A DNA stretch of 64,000 bases from Intestinibacillus massiliensis (GTDB lineage Bacteria > Bacillota > Clostridia > Oscillospirales > Butyricicoccaceae): contig JAJUJC010000003.1 in assembly GCA_029267335.1 (NCBI GenBank), positions 165,044 to 229,043 on the forward strand, read 5' to 3'. This document shows positions 54,046 through 62,647 of the stretch, piece by piece. How positions within the stretch are numbered: position 1 is the stretch's first letter; every line of letters starts with the position of its first letter. The notes under the pieces were generated by a model. It was not told the origin of the DNA. It saw only the letters and a program-made list of their open reading frames with translations, and ran no database searches. Position numbers and translations under genes: made by a program.

Positions 54046-56248
54046 ACTGCGCGCAGCGGCGGGTGGAATGACCGCGTGTCTGGTGGTTTCGATGTGCGCG
54101 CCTGCGGCGCTTGCACTCGACCCCACCCACAGTGAGGCACTTTATGTCACGTTGGATGCCTACGGCAAGCCGACAGAGAGCAGCGTGGTCAAAAGCTATT
54201 CGCGCAACGGCGCAAAAACCATTACGGACTACGGTGATTATACCAATGTCGTCAATATGACAAGCGAAAGCAAACCGGTCACCAAGGCGGGAGCGGTCAG
54301 CTTCAACTTTACGGACGACGCCCCCAACCGCTTCTACTTTGAGGGCAAGACCACAAAGCCGATTACCACGCTCCCGTGGACGATCAAGGTGAGCTATAAG
54401 CTCAATGGCGTGCCCAAGGAAGCATCGCAGCTTGCCGGAGAAAAGGGTCTGGTTGAAATCACGATCAACGCGGTCGCGAACAAGAGCGCGTCTGCATACT
54501 TCCAGAACAATATGGTAATGAGCTGCGCGACCATGCTAGACGCGGACGACATGCTGTCCGTCGAAGCGCCTGGCGCGCAGGTGCAGGAAATCGGCAGCAA
54601 GACCGCGGTGCTCTTCATGGCGATGCCGGGGGAGACTGATACCTTCACCATCCGCATCGGCGCAGACTCGTTCCAGTTCCCGGGGCTGTATTTCACGATG
54701 ACGCCCGCGACACTGCAGCAGCTTGACCAGATCACCGATCTGCGCGACGCCAAGAACAAAATTGAAGATTCCGGCAACGCGATGTCCGACAGCATGGATG
54801 TTGTGCTGGGAACTATGGGTGCCATGCAGAGCAGCATCAGTGCAACCGCAAGCGGCCTGGACATTCTCAATCAGGCACGCAGCACGATCTCCGGCGGAAA
54901 GGGTACGGTCTATGCAAAGGCGGATGCCGCAATGCTCGATCTGGATTCCTTTGCCGCATCGCTCGGCACGGTCGAGGGGCATCTGACCACAACGCAAAAG
55001 GCGCTCACCGATACTAAAAATCAGATAAACGCCCTCGTTACGACCGCGGTCAGCCTGAAGGACGAATCCGCACGCACCCGCTCGAGTATTGAAAAGGTGC
55101 AGAAGGATATCACCGCTCTGCAAAGCATGATTACCGACGTCGATCAGCAGAATAAGTATACACAGGATGTCATTGATGACCTAAAAGACAATATCCGGGT
55201 TCTAGGAGATGATTTTGATTCTCTGAGCTATTCGCTGACGACTTTGAGCAAGACCTTACAGGCGGTAAAACAGGTAAGTTTAAGCACAACGGACACCTCG
55301 GGTCTGGATGCACTCATCACACAGGCGCAGCAAGCGTATGGCGCGGCATCTGATGCCACACAGCAATCGGTATGGGTAGCGCAACTGCAAACGCTCAACG
55401 CGATGAAGGCACTGGTAACAGGCATCAACACCAATATCACAACCGCCAATACGCTCGTGCAGGGACTGACAAGCGCGACAAATGGTGTAGTCAGTCCGCT
55501 ACAGGAAATTTGTAATGACATTGGGCAGGATAACACAGATAACAGCATCACGGAGCGGCTGTGGGAGCTAGCGGATGTTGCATCGAGCTACCTGACGATT
55601 GCAAGCAAGTACACCGGCAACATGACCGATCTTGCCGATCAGGCGAACAAGGCGGGTGACATCGCCAAGGATGTTACGACCAAGCTTGATGCGATGCTCG
55701 ACAATGTTGACGGGCTGAACAAGGTGCTGAACACCTATGAACCGGATGCCCAGAAGGCGCTCGAGGACGCAAAGAAGGTCAGCAGCACCGCGATCACTGG
55801 TATCACCAATACCAACGCGTTCCTGCGCAGCTTCAAGAGCCTGCTGCAATCGAGCGGCGGCAAACTGGACACGGGCACACAGGCAACGCTCGACAGCACA
55901 GCCGCAGCGCTGCGCAAGGCGGCAGAGGGTTTGGGTCAGACCGGCGTGCTGCAAAACGCAAAGGACACCATCAAGGATCTGATCGACAGCGAATGGGATA
56001 GCCACACGGGAGAAGACAACAATCTGCTCAATATGGATCCCAACGCAAAGCCCACTTCGTTCACATCTGCACAGAACGCCGCACCGACCAATTTGCAGGT
56101 CGTGCTGCGCACGGAATCCATCGACAACGATGACGATACGGATGCGGTGGAGCAGGATGAAACCTTCCATGCAGAGGGCAATTTCCTGACGCGGCTTTGG
56201 AACGTCGTCAAGGCGATCGGCGCAGCCATCGGCACGCTGTTCTCCTAA
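54020..56248 (+). CDS. Large secreted/anchored helical-repeat protein (YhgE/Pip- or YueB/EsaA-ectodomain-like), function unknown
   Basis: ATG 54020 follows AGGAGGA and overlaps the MMPL gene by 26 nt. Signal-like N-terminus ...CLVVSMCAPAALA, a ~200-aa beta-looking domain, a ~450-aa T/A/L/Q/D-rich helical region, an acidic stretch, and a C-terminal hydrophobic helix LWNVVKAIGAAIGTLFS. Confidence 0.7.
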   Translation: MKRQLENFKLRAAAGGMTACLVVSMCAPAALALDPTHSEALYVTLDAYGKPTESSVVKSYSRNGAKTITDYGDYTNVVNMTSESKPVTKAGAVSFNFTDDAPNRFYFEGKTTKPITTLPWTIKVSYKLNGVPKEASQLAGEKGLVEITINAVANKSASAYFQNNMVMSCATMLDADDMLSVEAPGAQVQEIGSKTAVLFMAMPGETDTFTIRIGADSFQFPGLYFTMTPATLQQLDQITDLRDAKNKIEDSGNAMSDSMDVVLGTMGAMQSSISATASGLDILNQARSTISGGKGTVYAKADAAMLDLDSFAASLGTVEGHLTTTQKALTDTKNQINALVTTAVSLKDESARTRSSIEKVQKDITALQSMITDVDQQNKYTQDVIDDLKDNIRVLGDDFDSLSYSLTTLSKTLQAVKQVSLSTTDTSGLDALITQAQQAYGAASDATQQSVWVAQLQTLNAMKALVTGINTNITTANTLVQGLTSATNGVVSPLQEICNDIGQDNTDNSITERLWELADVASSYLTIASKYTGNMTDLADQANKAGDIAKDVTTKLDAMLDNVDGLNKVLNTYEPDAQKALEDAKKVSSTAITGITNTNAFLRSFKSLLQSSGGKLDTGTQATLDSTAAALRKAAEGLGQTGVLQNAKDTIKDLIDSEWDSHTGEDNNLLNMDPNAKPTSFTSAQNAAPTNLQVVLRTESIDNDDDTDAVEQDETFHAEGNFLTRLWNVVKAIGAAIGTLFS

Positions 56249-56255
56249 TAAACAT

Positions 56256-56304
56256 AAAAGCGCTCCCGTACACATACTGTTTTATGTGCGGGGGCGCTTT
56301 TTTG
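56256..56304 (+). terminator. Intrinsic terminator after the 742-aa gene
   Basis: Long stem AAAAGCGCTCCCG..CACATA/TATGTG..CGGGGGCGCTTTT followed by a T-run. Confidence 0.8.
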
Positions 56305-56341
56305 CGTGTGCCCACACCAAAAATGGAAACGGGGGATGGGC

Positions 56342-57202
56342 ATGAGACGGACAGTCATACAGATGCTCGCAACGGTATTGGTATTGTGGGGGGTATTCAC
56401 GGCAAATCATACGTTCGTCGAGCGGGCCGTGCCGACTGCCGCAGCGGCGTCAACAGGAGAAGCGGGCGTAGACCTGCCGATTTTGATGTACCACAGTATC
56501 CTCAAAGACCCGGGACGTTCGGGAAAATATGTGCTCTCGCCCGATACCCTTGCAAAGGATCTCGACTATTTAAAAACCGCAAGCTATCAAACCATCACGG
56601 TGGAAGATCTGCTCGCATATGTCGACAACGGCACGCCGCTGCCGGAAAAACCCGTTATGATAACTTTCGATGACGGATACTATAATAATTACGTCTATGC
56701 CTATCCGATCTTAAAGGAGCGCAGCATGCGTGCAGTGGTTTCCATCATCGGCAAACAGACTGCACTGTTCAGTGAAAACGGGCAGGAGAACCCGTATTGG
56801 TCGCATTTGACGACTGACCGTCTGCACGAAATGTCCGATGTGTTTGAGGTGCAGAACCATTCATGGGATCTGCATGCGTACGGCCATCGCCGAGGTTGCA
56901 TTCGAGAACGGGGCGAAGATCAGGTGTCATATCGCGCCTTATTTGAGCACGACACGCAGCAGACACAGCAGCTTTTAACCGACGCCGGACTGCCTGCGCC
57001 GACCTGTTATACCTACCCGTTCGGCTCGCTGTCGACCGAGAGCGAGGGCTTGCTGCGCAGCATGGGATTTCGCAGCACGCTGGGGTGTGAAGAGGGTATC
57101 AATCATATTACACGCGATCCGGAGTGTCTATACCGCATGAAACGCTATAATCGCGCACCTGGACTGCTAACGGATACCTTTATGCACAAAATTGGGGCGT
57201 GA
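56342..57202 (+). CDS. Polysaccharide deacetylase family protein (NodB homology)
   Basis: N-terminal TM/signal segment, with ILMYHSI and FDDGYYNNY motifs. Confidence 0.85.
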   Translation: MRRTVIQMLATVLVLWGVFTANHTFVERAVPTAAAASTGEAGVDLPILMYHSILKDPGRSGKYVLSPDTLAKDLDYLKTASYQTITVEDLLAYVDNGTPLPEKPVMITFDDGYYNNYVYAYPILKERSMRAVVSIIGKQTALFSENGQENPYWSHLTTDRLHEMSDVFEVQNHSWDLHAYGHRRGCIRERGEDQVSYRALFEHDTQQTQQLLTDAGLPAPTCYTYPFGSLSTESEGLLRSMGFRSTLGCEEGINHITRDPECLYRMKRYNRAPGLLTDTFMHKIGA

Positions 57203-57240
57203 TTGCTGCACCGAATCACGCAGAAAAGGAGGAAAGTCAC

Positions 57241-57534
57241 ATGCCATGCTGCCGCATTGTGGAATTGCGCATGAAAGAGGTCATCAATTTGTGTGACGGC
57301 GCGCGGCTAGGGTATATCGGAGATGTTGAGGTCGATCTGGAGTGTGGTCGGGTATGCGCGATCGTCGTCCCTGCACCATGTTTCTTTTTCGGACTGTTCG
57401 GCCATGGGGAGGATTATGTTATTCCGTGGGAGGCAATCGACAAAATCGGTGATGATATCGTGCTCGTACGCTGGGAGACGCGACCGCATCCGCGTTCCAG
57501 ACACGGATGGCGCGAGCGGTGGCACGAAAAATAG
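57241..57534 (+). CDS. YlmC/YmxH-family sporulation protein (PRC barrel)
   Basis: ATG 57241 follows [30 protein letters not shown]...[17 protein letters not shown]. Confidence 0.85.
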   Translation: MPCCRIVELRMKEVINLCDGARLGYIGDVEVDLECGRVCAIVVPAPCFFFGLFGHGEDYVIPWEAIDKIGDDIVLVRWETRPHPRSRHGWRERWHEK

Positions 57535-57563
57535 CTGCAACACCGTAAAAAACATTTTTTTTG

Positions 57564-57592
57564 TTGACTTGCATCCTAGCATGTGGTATACT
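57564..57592 (+). promoter_or_regulatory. Promoter TTGACT-N17-TATACT (TGg extended -10) for rpsB-tsf
   Basis: Hexamers at 57564-57569 and 57587-57592. Confidence 0.65.
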
Positions 57593-57629
57593 ATCAAAGC
57601 ACGATTGGTGCAATATCAAATATTTCACA

Positions 57630-57696
57630 CATTCCGTTTATGTCAGTGGCGAGGTGCTTTCCGTGTGAGAGTGCTGCCGACAGATGACACGGAATG
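57630..57696 (+). promoter_or_regulatory. Structured rpsB 5' leader hairpin
   Basis: CATTCCGT (57630-57637) pairs with ACGGAATG (57689-57696). The imperfect stem extends inward. It ends about 15 nt before the rpsB SD. Confidence 0.4.
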
Positions 57697-57724
57697 GAGG
57701 AAACAACCTGAGGAGGAACAAAAA

Positions 57725-58450
57725 ATGGCAGTTATCTCTATGAAGCAGCTCCTGGAGGCAGGCGTACACTTCGGTCATCAGACCCGCCGTTGGAACCCGA
57801 AGATGGCGACCTACATCTTCACCGAGCGCAACGGTATCTACATCATCGACCTGCAGAAGACCGTTAAGAAGCTTGAGGAAGCATACTTCTTCATTCGCGA
57901 TACCGCTGCTGCGGGCGGCGACATTCTGTTCGTCGGTACCAAGAAGCAGGCACAGGACGCAATCCGTGAGGAAGCGGCTCGCTGCGGCATGTACTATGTC
58001 AACGCGCGTTGGCTCGGCGGCATGCTGACCAACTTTAAGACCATGCGCACCCGTATCGCACGTCTGAACCAGCTGCAGAAGATGCAGGAGGACGGCACGT
58101 TCGATCTTCTGCCGAAGAAGGAAGTTATCAAGCTTCAGCTCGAGATCCAGAAGCTCGAGAAGTACCTCGGCGGCGTTAAGGAAATGAAGAAGCTGCCGGC
58201 AGCAATGTTCGTTGTCGACCCGCGCAAGGAAAAGAACGCGATCTCCGAGGCCCGCAAGCTGGGTATCCCGGTCGTTGCGATCGTCGACACCAACTGCGAT
58301 CCGGACGAGATCGACTACGTCATCCCGGGCAACGACGACGCGATCCGCGCCATCAAGCTGATCTCCGGCACCATGGCGAATGCGGTCATCGAGGGCAAGC
58401 AGGGCGAGCAGCTCGAGGTCGAGGCCAAGGAAGAGACTGCTGCTGAGTAA
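57725..58450 (+). CDS. rpsB: 30S ribosomal protein S2
   Basis: [30 protein letters not shown] 57725 follows GAGGAGGA. Confidence 0.97.
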   Translation: MAVISMKQLLEAGVHFGHQTRRWNPKMATYIFTERNGIYIIDLQKTVKKLEEAYFFIRDTAAAGGDILFVGTKKQAQDAIREEAARCGMYYVNARWLGGMLTNFKTMRTRIARLNQLQKMQEDGTFDLLPKKEVIKLQLEIQKLEKYLGGVKEMKKLPAAMFVVDPRKEKNAISEARKLGIPVVAIVDTNCDPDEIDYVIPGNDDAIRAIKLISGTMANAVIEGKQGEQLEVEAKEETAAE

Positions 58451-58463
58451 GCATTGAACTGAT

Positions 58464-58565
58464 AAGCGGAGTTCGGAGAGCGCCGACCTTAGCGCGTGCG
58501 CTTCGGCCGTATACCGTGGCAGGCACTGCCACTGCGTGCTTTCCGTGCTCCGCTTTTGTTTTTGA
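58464..58565 (+). terminator. Branched rpsB-tsf intergenic structure ending in a T-run (attenuator-like)
   Basis: AAGCGGAG (58464-58471) pairs with CTCCGCTT (58548-58555), enclosing the sub-hairpin GTGGCAG-GCA-CTGCCAC. Followed by TTTTGTTTTT. Confidence 0.4.
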
Positions 58566-58597
58566 AACGATATTTTAGTATAACGGAGGAAAAGAAA

Positions 58598-59530
58598 ATG
58601 GCTTTTACTGCTGCTGACGTTAAAAAGCTGCGCGAAATGACCAACGTAGGCATGATGGAGTGCAAGAAGGCTCTGACCGATGCTGAGGGCGACTTCGATA
58701 AAGCGATCGAACTGCTGCGCGAAAAGGGCCTTGCAAAGGCTGCCAAGAAGGCTGACCGCATCGCGGCAGAGGGTGTTGTCTGCGCGAAGGTTTGCGATGA
58801 GTGCGGCGTAGGCGCAATCATTGAAGTCAACTCCGAGACTGACTTTGTTGCGAAGAACGCGGACTTCCAGAAGTTCGTACAGGATCTGGCAGATGTCGTC
58901 ATCAAGGAAGCACCGGCAGATGTCGAAGCGCTCAAGGCTTGCAAGATGGGCGACCTGACCGTTCAGGAAGCGCTGCAGGAGAAGGTTCTAACCATCGGCG
59001 AGAACATCCAGATCCGTCGTTTCGAGCGTTATGATGCAACCACCGCAAACGTCGGCTACACCCATATGGGCGGCGTCATCGGCGTTCTGGTTGGTCTGGA
59101 AGTTTCCGACAACCTGAGAGGCAATGCTGTCGTCGCAGAGCTGGGTAAGGACATCGGCATGCAGGCTGCAGCAATGCGTCCGGCATTCATGGACAAGTCC
59201 GACGTTGACGAGACCACGCTTGCCAAGGAGAGAGAGATCCTTCTGGCACAGGCACTCGAGGAGAACAAGTCCGCTGCCAAGCCGAAGCCCGAGCAGATCA
59301 TCCACAAGATGGTTGACGGTCGCGTCGGCAAGTACTACGAGGAGAACTGCCTGCTGCAGCAGGCGTTCGTCAAGGAGAACAAGGTCTCTGTTGAGCAGCA
59401 CATCGCAGCAGTTGCGAAGGAGCTGGGCGGCGAGATCAAGCTCGTGAAGTACGCACGCTTTGAAAAGGGCGAAGGCATCGAGAAGAAGCAGGACGACTTC
59501 GCTGCGGAAGTCGCTTCGATGACCAAGTAA
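58598..59530 (+). CDS. tsf: Translation elongation factor Ts
   Basis: MAFTAADVKKLREMTNVGMMECKKAL. ATG 58598 follows GGAGGA. Confidence 0.97.
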   Translation: MAFTAADVKKLREMTNVGMMECKKALTDAEGDFDKAIELLREKGLAKAAKKADRIAAEGVVCAKVCDECGVGAIIEVNSETDFVAKNADFQKFVQDLADVVIKEAPADVEALKACKMGDLTVQEALQEKVLTIGENIQIRRFERYDATTANVGYTHMGGVIGVLVGLEVSDNLRGNAVVAELGKDIGMQAAAMRPAFMDKSDVDETTLAKEREILLAQALEENKSAAKPKPEQIIHKMVDGRVGKYYEENCLLQQAFVKENKVSVEQHIAAVAKELGGEIKLVKYARFEKGEGIEKKQDDFAAEVASMTK

Positions 59531-59544
59531 GTTACACTTTTTAC

Positions 59545-59587
59545 AAGACACAGCGTTGGGGTTTTCCCGCGCTGTGTCTTTTTTTGC
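59545..59587 (+). terminator. Intrinsic terminator after tsf
   Basis: 11-bp stem AAGACACAGCG/CGCTGTGTCTT followed by TTTTTTT. Confidence 0.85.
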
Positions 59588-59626
59588 AATATTTTTGGTG
59601 AAAAATTCTAAACACATTGCAAATAC

Positions 59627-59655
59627 TTGAGATTTCGGATAAAATTCGCTATAAT
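59627..59655 (+). promoter_or_regulatory. Promoter TTGAGA-N17-TATAAT for the LacI-family gene
   Basis: Hexamers at 59627-59632 and 59650-59655. Confidence 0.55.
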
Positions 59656-59689
59656 AAAAAAATACCGGGAAAAGGGGAGATACGCAACT

Positions 59690-60715
59690 TTGAAAATCAC
59701 GATCGAAAAAATTGCAGAGATGGCAGGAGTGTCCCGCGGCGCGGTGGATAAGGTACTGCACAATCGTCCGGGCGTGAAAGAACCGGTACGGCAGCGGATT
59801 CAGCAGGTCATTCGCCAAACCGGTTATGTACCGCTGCATGGCACACCCGAGCCGACGACCAAGGTGATCGGTGTGATTATGCCGCGTATCAGTAACCCGT
59901 ATTTCGCAGCGGTGAAGCGTGGAATGGAGTGCGCCTGCCGCACGATGAAAGAACTGACGTTGGTGTATGCATTTTGCGAGCCGTCCGATGTCAACGGTAT
60001 TTTAGCGGCGTTGGATGCGTTTGAGCAGCAGGGCGTGCATGCGTACCTGTTGCGCGGCGTGCGCAGCAGCAAGGTGCGCGATCGTCTGCGTCAGGTGCAA
60101 AAGCCCATCGTTTTTATCGACTCGGAGGTGCCCGGCGTACCGGCGCTGTGCAAGGTGGGAGAGGACTGCTATAAAAGCGGTCGCATTGCCGCGTCTCTGC
60201 TTGCAAAAAGCATCGGCTATGTGGGGCAGGTGGTCGTCATCGGCGGCTCACCCGAAATCGTCGCGCATGAAAAGCGGATAGAGGGTTTTCTCGATGCCGT
60301 TTCTGAACGTTATCCGCAGATACAGGTGGTCGACCGGCTGTATTCGCAGGATCAGAGTGTCGTCGCATACGAACGGGCATGCAAAACACTGGATGAGTTC
60401 CCGCATCTCAAAGGCATCGGCAATCTTGCGGGCTATGCGGGTGAGATCGGACAGGCGATTTTAGAACGGAATCGGGAGCGCACGGTGAAGATGGTTTGCT
60501 ATGACATCACACCGGATATTGCGGCGCTCATCCATAAAAATGTGATCGAGTTCACGATCGGTCTCGAACCGTATCAGCAGGCGCAAATGCTGATGGAGAC
60601 CGTATATGATGCTCTGATGCTCGGGACACACCCGTCTGTTGACTTTTTGGAAACACCAATCGCGGTTGCATTTGATGAAACGGTAGATGCCATGCTGAAA
60701 AAAATGGAGCAATAA
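59690..60715 (+). CDS. LacI-family transcriptional regulator
   Basis: TTG 59690 lies 9 nt after GGGGAG. HTH segment ITIEKIAEMAGVSRGAVDKVLHNRPGV and a periplasmic-binding-protein-like sugar domain. Confidence 0.85.
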   Translation: MKITIEKIAEMAGVSRGAVDKVLHNRPGVKEPVRQRIQQVIRQTGYVPLHGTPEPTTKVIGVIMPRISNPYFAAVKRGMECACRTMKELTLVYAFCEPSDVNGILAALDAFEQQGVHAYLLRGVRSSKVRDRLRQVQKPIVFIDSEVPGVPALCKVGEDCYKSGRIAASLLAKSIGYVGQVVVIGGSPEIVAHEKRIEGFLDAVSERYPQIQVVDRLYSQDQSVVAYERACKTLDEFPHLKGIGNLAGYAGEIGQAILERNRERTVKMVCYDITPDIAALIHKNVIEFTIGLEPYQQAQMLMETVYDALMLGTHPSVDFLETPIAVAFDETVDAMLKKMEQ

Positions 60716-60944
60716 ACGCACGACAAAACGCACGAAATCACATAAAATAAGCTTGTGAGAGGTGTGGAAAAGCCGCTCCCCGCTGTGGGACGGTTTTTTT
60801 TCGTGCATCGCACGAAATGCAGGATACCCAACAAACGCCCGAAATCCAACAAAAAAGATACGATCTGTACTCTACGAGCAGCGTTCAATTTCTGCCTGTG
60901 CGATTCATTCGATTTGCGAATTGCGATGCGATTACGGGCGGCGG

Positions 60945-60950
60945 TATACT
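60945..60950 (+). promoter_or_regulatory. Candidate -10 TATACT (with TTGCGA -35 at 60921-60926, 18-nt spacer)
   Basis: Upstream of the oxidoreductase gene. Confidence 0.4.
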
Positions 60951-60985
60951 AAGAGCAGTTAAAACAAATGCGGAGGACTTTCAGT

Positions 60986-61987
60986 ATGCTAAAAGTAGGT
61001 GTGATCGGCTGCGGCATGATCGGACGTGACCATATTCGCCGTATGACCGAGGTGGTGACTGGTACGCAGGTTGTTGCGGTATCGGAAGCGATGGTGGAAA
61101 ACGGCAGGCGGGTTGCCGCGCAGTATGGATGCAAGTTTTATGAACAAGGCGAGGAGCTGATTGCGGACCCGGAGGTGGAGGCAGTCGTCGTATGCACGGC
61201 GGACGATACGCATGCGCGGTTTGTACTGCGCTGCATTGCCGCGGGCAAACCGGTGCTGTGTGAGAAGCCGCTCGGTGTATCGGCGGAGGAGTGCCGCCGC
61301 ATTGTGGATGCAGAGATGCAGGCGGGCAAGCGGCTGGTGCAGGTGGGATTTATGCGGCGGTATGACCGCGGCTACCGCGCGCTCAAGCAGCAAATCGAGC
61401 AGGGAGCGATCGGTGAGCCACTGATGATCCATGCATGTCACCGCAATCTGAGTCATACGCACTGGCATACCTCGGATATGACCATCAAAAATTCCGGCAT
61501 TCATGAAATTGATGTGCTTCGCTGGCTGCTCGGAGAGGATTACGAAAGCGGACAGGTGCTTACGGTCAAGCAGAATCGCAGCGCAAGCGCAGGGCTGCTC
61601 GATCCGCAGATCATGCTGCTCAAGACAAAGTCGGGCACACGCATCGACGTTGAGGTCAATATGTCATCCGGCTACGGGTATGATATCCAGTGCGAGGTCG
61701 TGGGGGAGCAGGGGACGCTGCGCCTTCCCGATCCTGCGACGATTGTGGTGCGCGCGGGCGGCGCACGTTCTTATGAGATCTATGACGACTGGTCCAAGCG
61801 CTTTATCGAAGCGTACGATACCGAGTTCGATGAGTGGGCGCGCTCGCTCGCGCACGGTGCACCGACCGGTCCGTCTGCGTGGGACGGCTATGCTGCCTGC
61901 CTTGCCGCAGACACCCTGATCCGTGCCCGTGAAGCACAGCAACCGCTGCCGATCGAGCTGCCGGAAACACCGGCATTCTATCGCTGA
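60986..61987 (+). CDS. Gfo/Idh/MocA-family NAD(P)-dependent oxidoreductase (inositol 2-dehydrogenase-like)
   Basis: Rossmann N-terminus MLKVGVIGCGMIGRDH and EKPLG motif. ATG 60986 follows GGAGGA. Confidence 0.85.
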   Translation: MLKVGVIGCGMIGRDHIRRMTEVVTGTQVVAVSEAMVENGRRVAAQYGCKFYEQGEELIADPEVEAVVVCTADDTHARFVLRCIAAGKPVLCEKPLGVSAEECRRIVDAEMQAGKRLVQVGFMRRYDRGYRALKQQIEQGAIGEPLMIHACHRNLSHTHWHTSDMTIKNSGIHEIDVLRWLLGEDYESGQVLTVKQNRSASAGLLDPQIMLLKTKSGTRIDVEVNMSSGYGYDIQCEVVGEQGTLRLPDPATIVVRAGGARSYEIYDDWSKRFIEAYDTEFDEWARSLAHGAPTGPSAWDGYAACLAADTLIRAREAQQPLPIELPETPAFYR

Positions 61988-62004
61988 GATCACGATTTAA
62001 AAAA

Positions 62005-62048
62005 AAAGACCCTTTCTGCTGTGCTGCGCGAGGAAAGGGTCTTTTTTC
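62005..62048 (+). terminator. Intrinsic terminator after the oxidoreductase gene
   Basis: AAAGACCCTTTC/GAAAGGGTCTTT stem followed by TTTTT. Confidence 0.85.
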
Positions 62049-62113
62049 GTGTGCAAAAAGGTTGGACAACCGCGCACAATCTACTGAAAAATGACGAAAT
62101 TACAGCATAGTAC

Positions 62114-62142
62114 TTGCGCGCAAAGTGATATTGCTGTAAAAT
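62114..62142 (+). promoter_or_regulatory. Candidate promoter TTGCGC-N17-TAAAAT for nusB
   Basis: Hexamers with a 17-nt spacer in an AT-rich tract. Confidence 0.45.
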
Positions 62143-62191
62143 ATATAAAATATGAGTATTGTATGTAAAACGACAGTTGCGGAGGATAACA

Positions 62192-62647
62192 GTGAGCAGA
62201 AAGAAAGCGAGAGAGATCGCCTTACACCTGATTTTTGAAATGAGCTTTCAGGAGCGCACCGCAGAGGAACTGCTGGCGGCGCAGCTTGATGAGGAGATCA
62301 TGCACTCGATCGCGGGGGATATTGCGCTTTATGCGGGCAAGCTGACCGAAAGCGAGAGCGCATATATTATTTCGACGGTCAAGGGCGTTGCGGCGCACCG
62401 CGAAGAACTCGACACGACGATCGCAGAATATGCGCGCGGTTGGAGCATGAAGCGCCTGTCCAAGATGACGACTGCGCTGTTGCGTCTGGCGCTGTATGAA
62501 ATGCGCTATGTCGAGGATGTACCGGTCGGCGCGGCGATCAACGAAGCAGTCGAACTGGCAAAGACCTACGAATCGGAAGAGGCGGGCGCGTTCATCAACG
62601 GCATCCTCGGCACGATCGGCCGTGCGGAAGGCGCACCGGAACAATGA
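62192..62647 (+). CDS. nusB: Transcription antitermination factor NusB
   Basis: GTG 62192 follows GGAGGA. RKKAREIALHLIFEM N-terminus. Confidence 0.92.
   Translation: MSRKKAREIALHLIFEMSFQERTAEELLAAQLDEEIMHSIAGDIALYAGKLTESESAYIISTVKGVAAHREELDTTIAEYARGWSMKRLSKMTTALLRLALYEMRYVEDVPVGAAINEAVELAKTYESEEAGAFINGILGTIGRAEGAPEQ

Noticed and set aside
60716-60985. Search for a LacI-type palindromic operator between the LacI-family gene and the oxidoreductase gene. Repeated TTGCGA and GCACGAAAT words were noticed.
   Set aside because: Only direct word repeats were found. There is no 14-20-bp palindrome with a central CG, so no operator can be supported by eye.
62125-62175. AT-rich stretch ...AAAATATATAAAATATGAGTATTGTATGTAAAAC..., which superficially resembles a Firmicutes dif site (XerCD).
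   Set aside because: The alignment to the dif consensus as I recall it requires indels and mismatches in both half-sites. The stretch coincides with the nusB promoter region.
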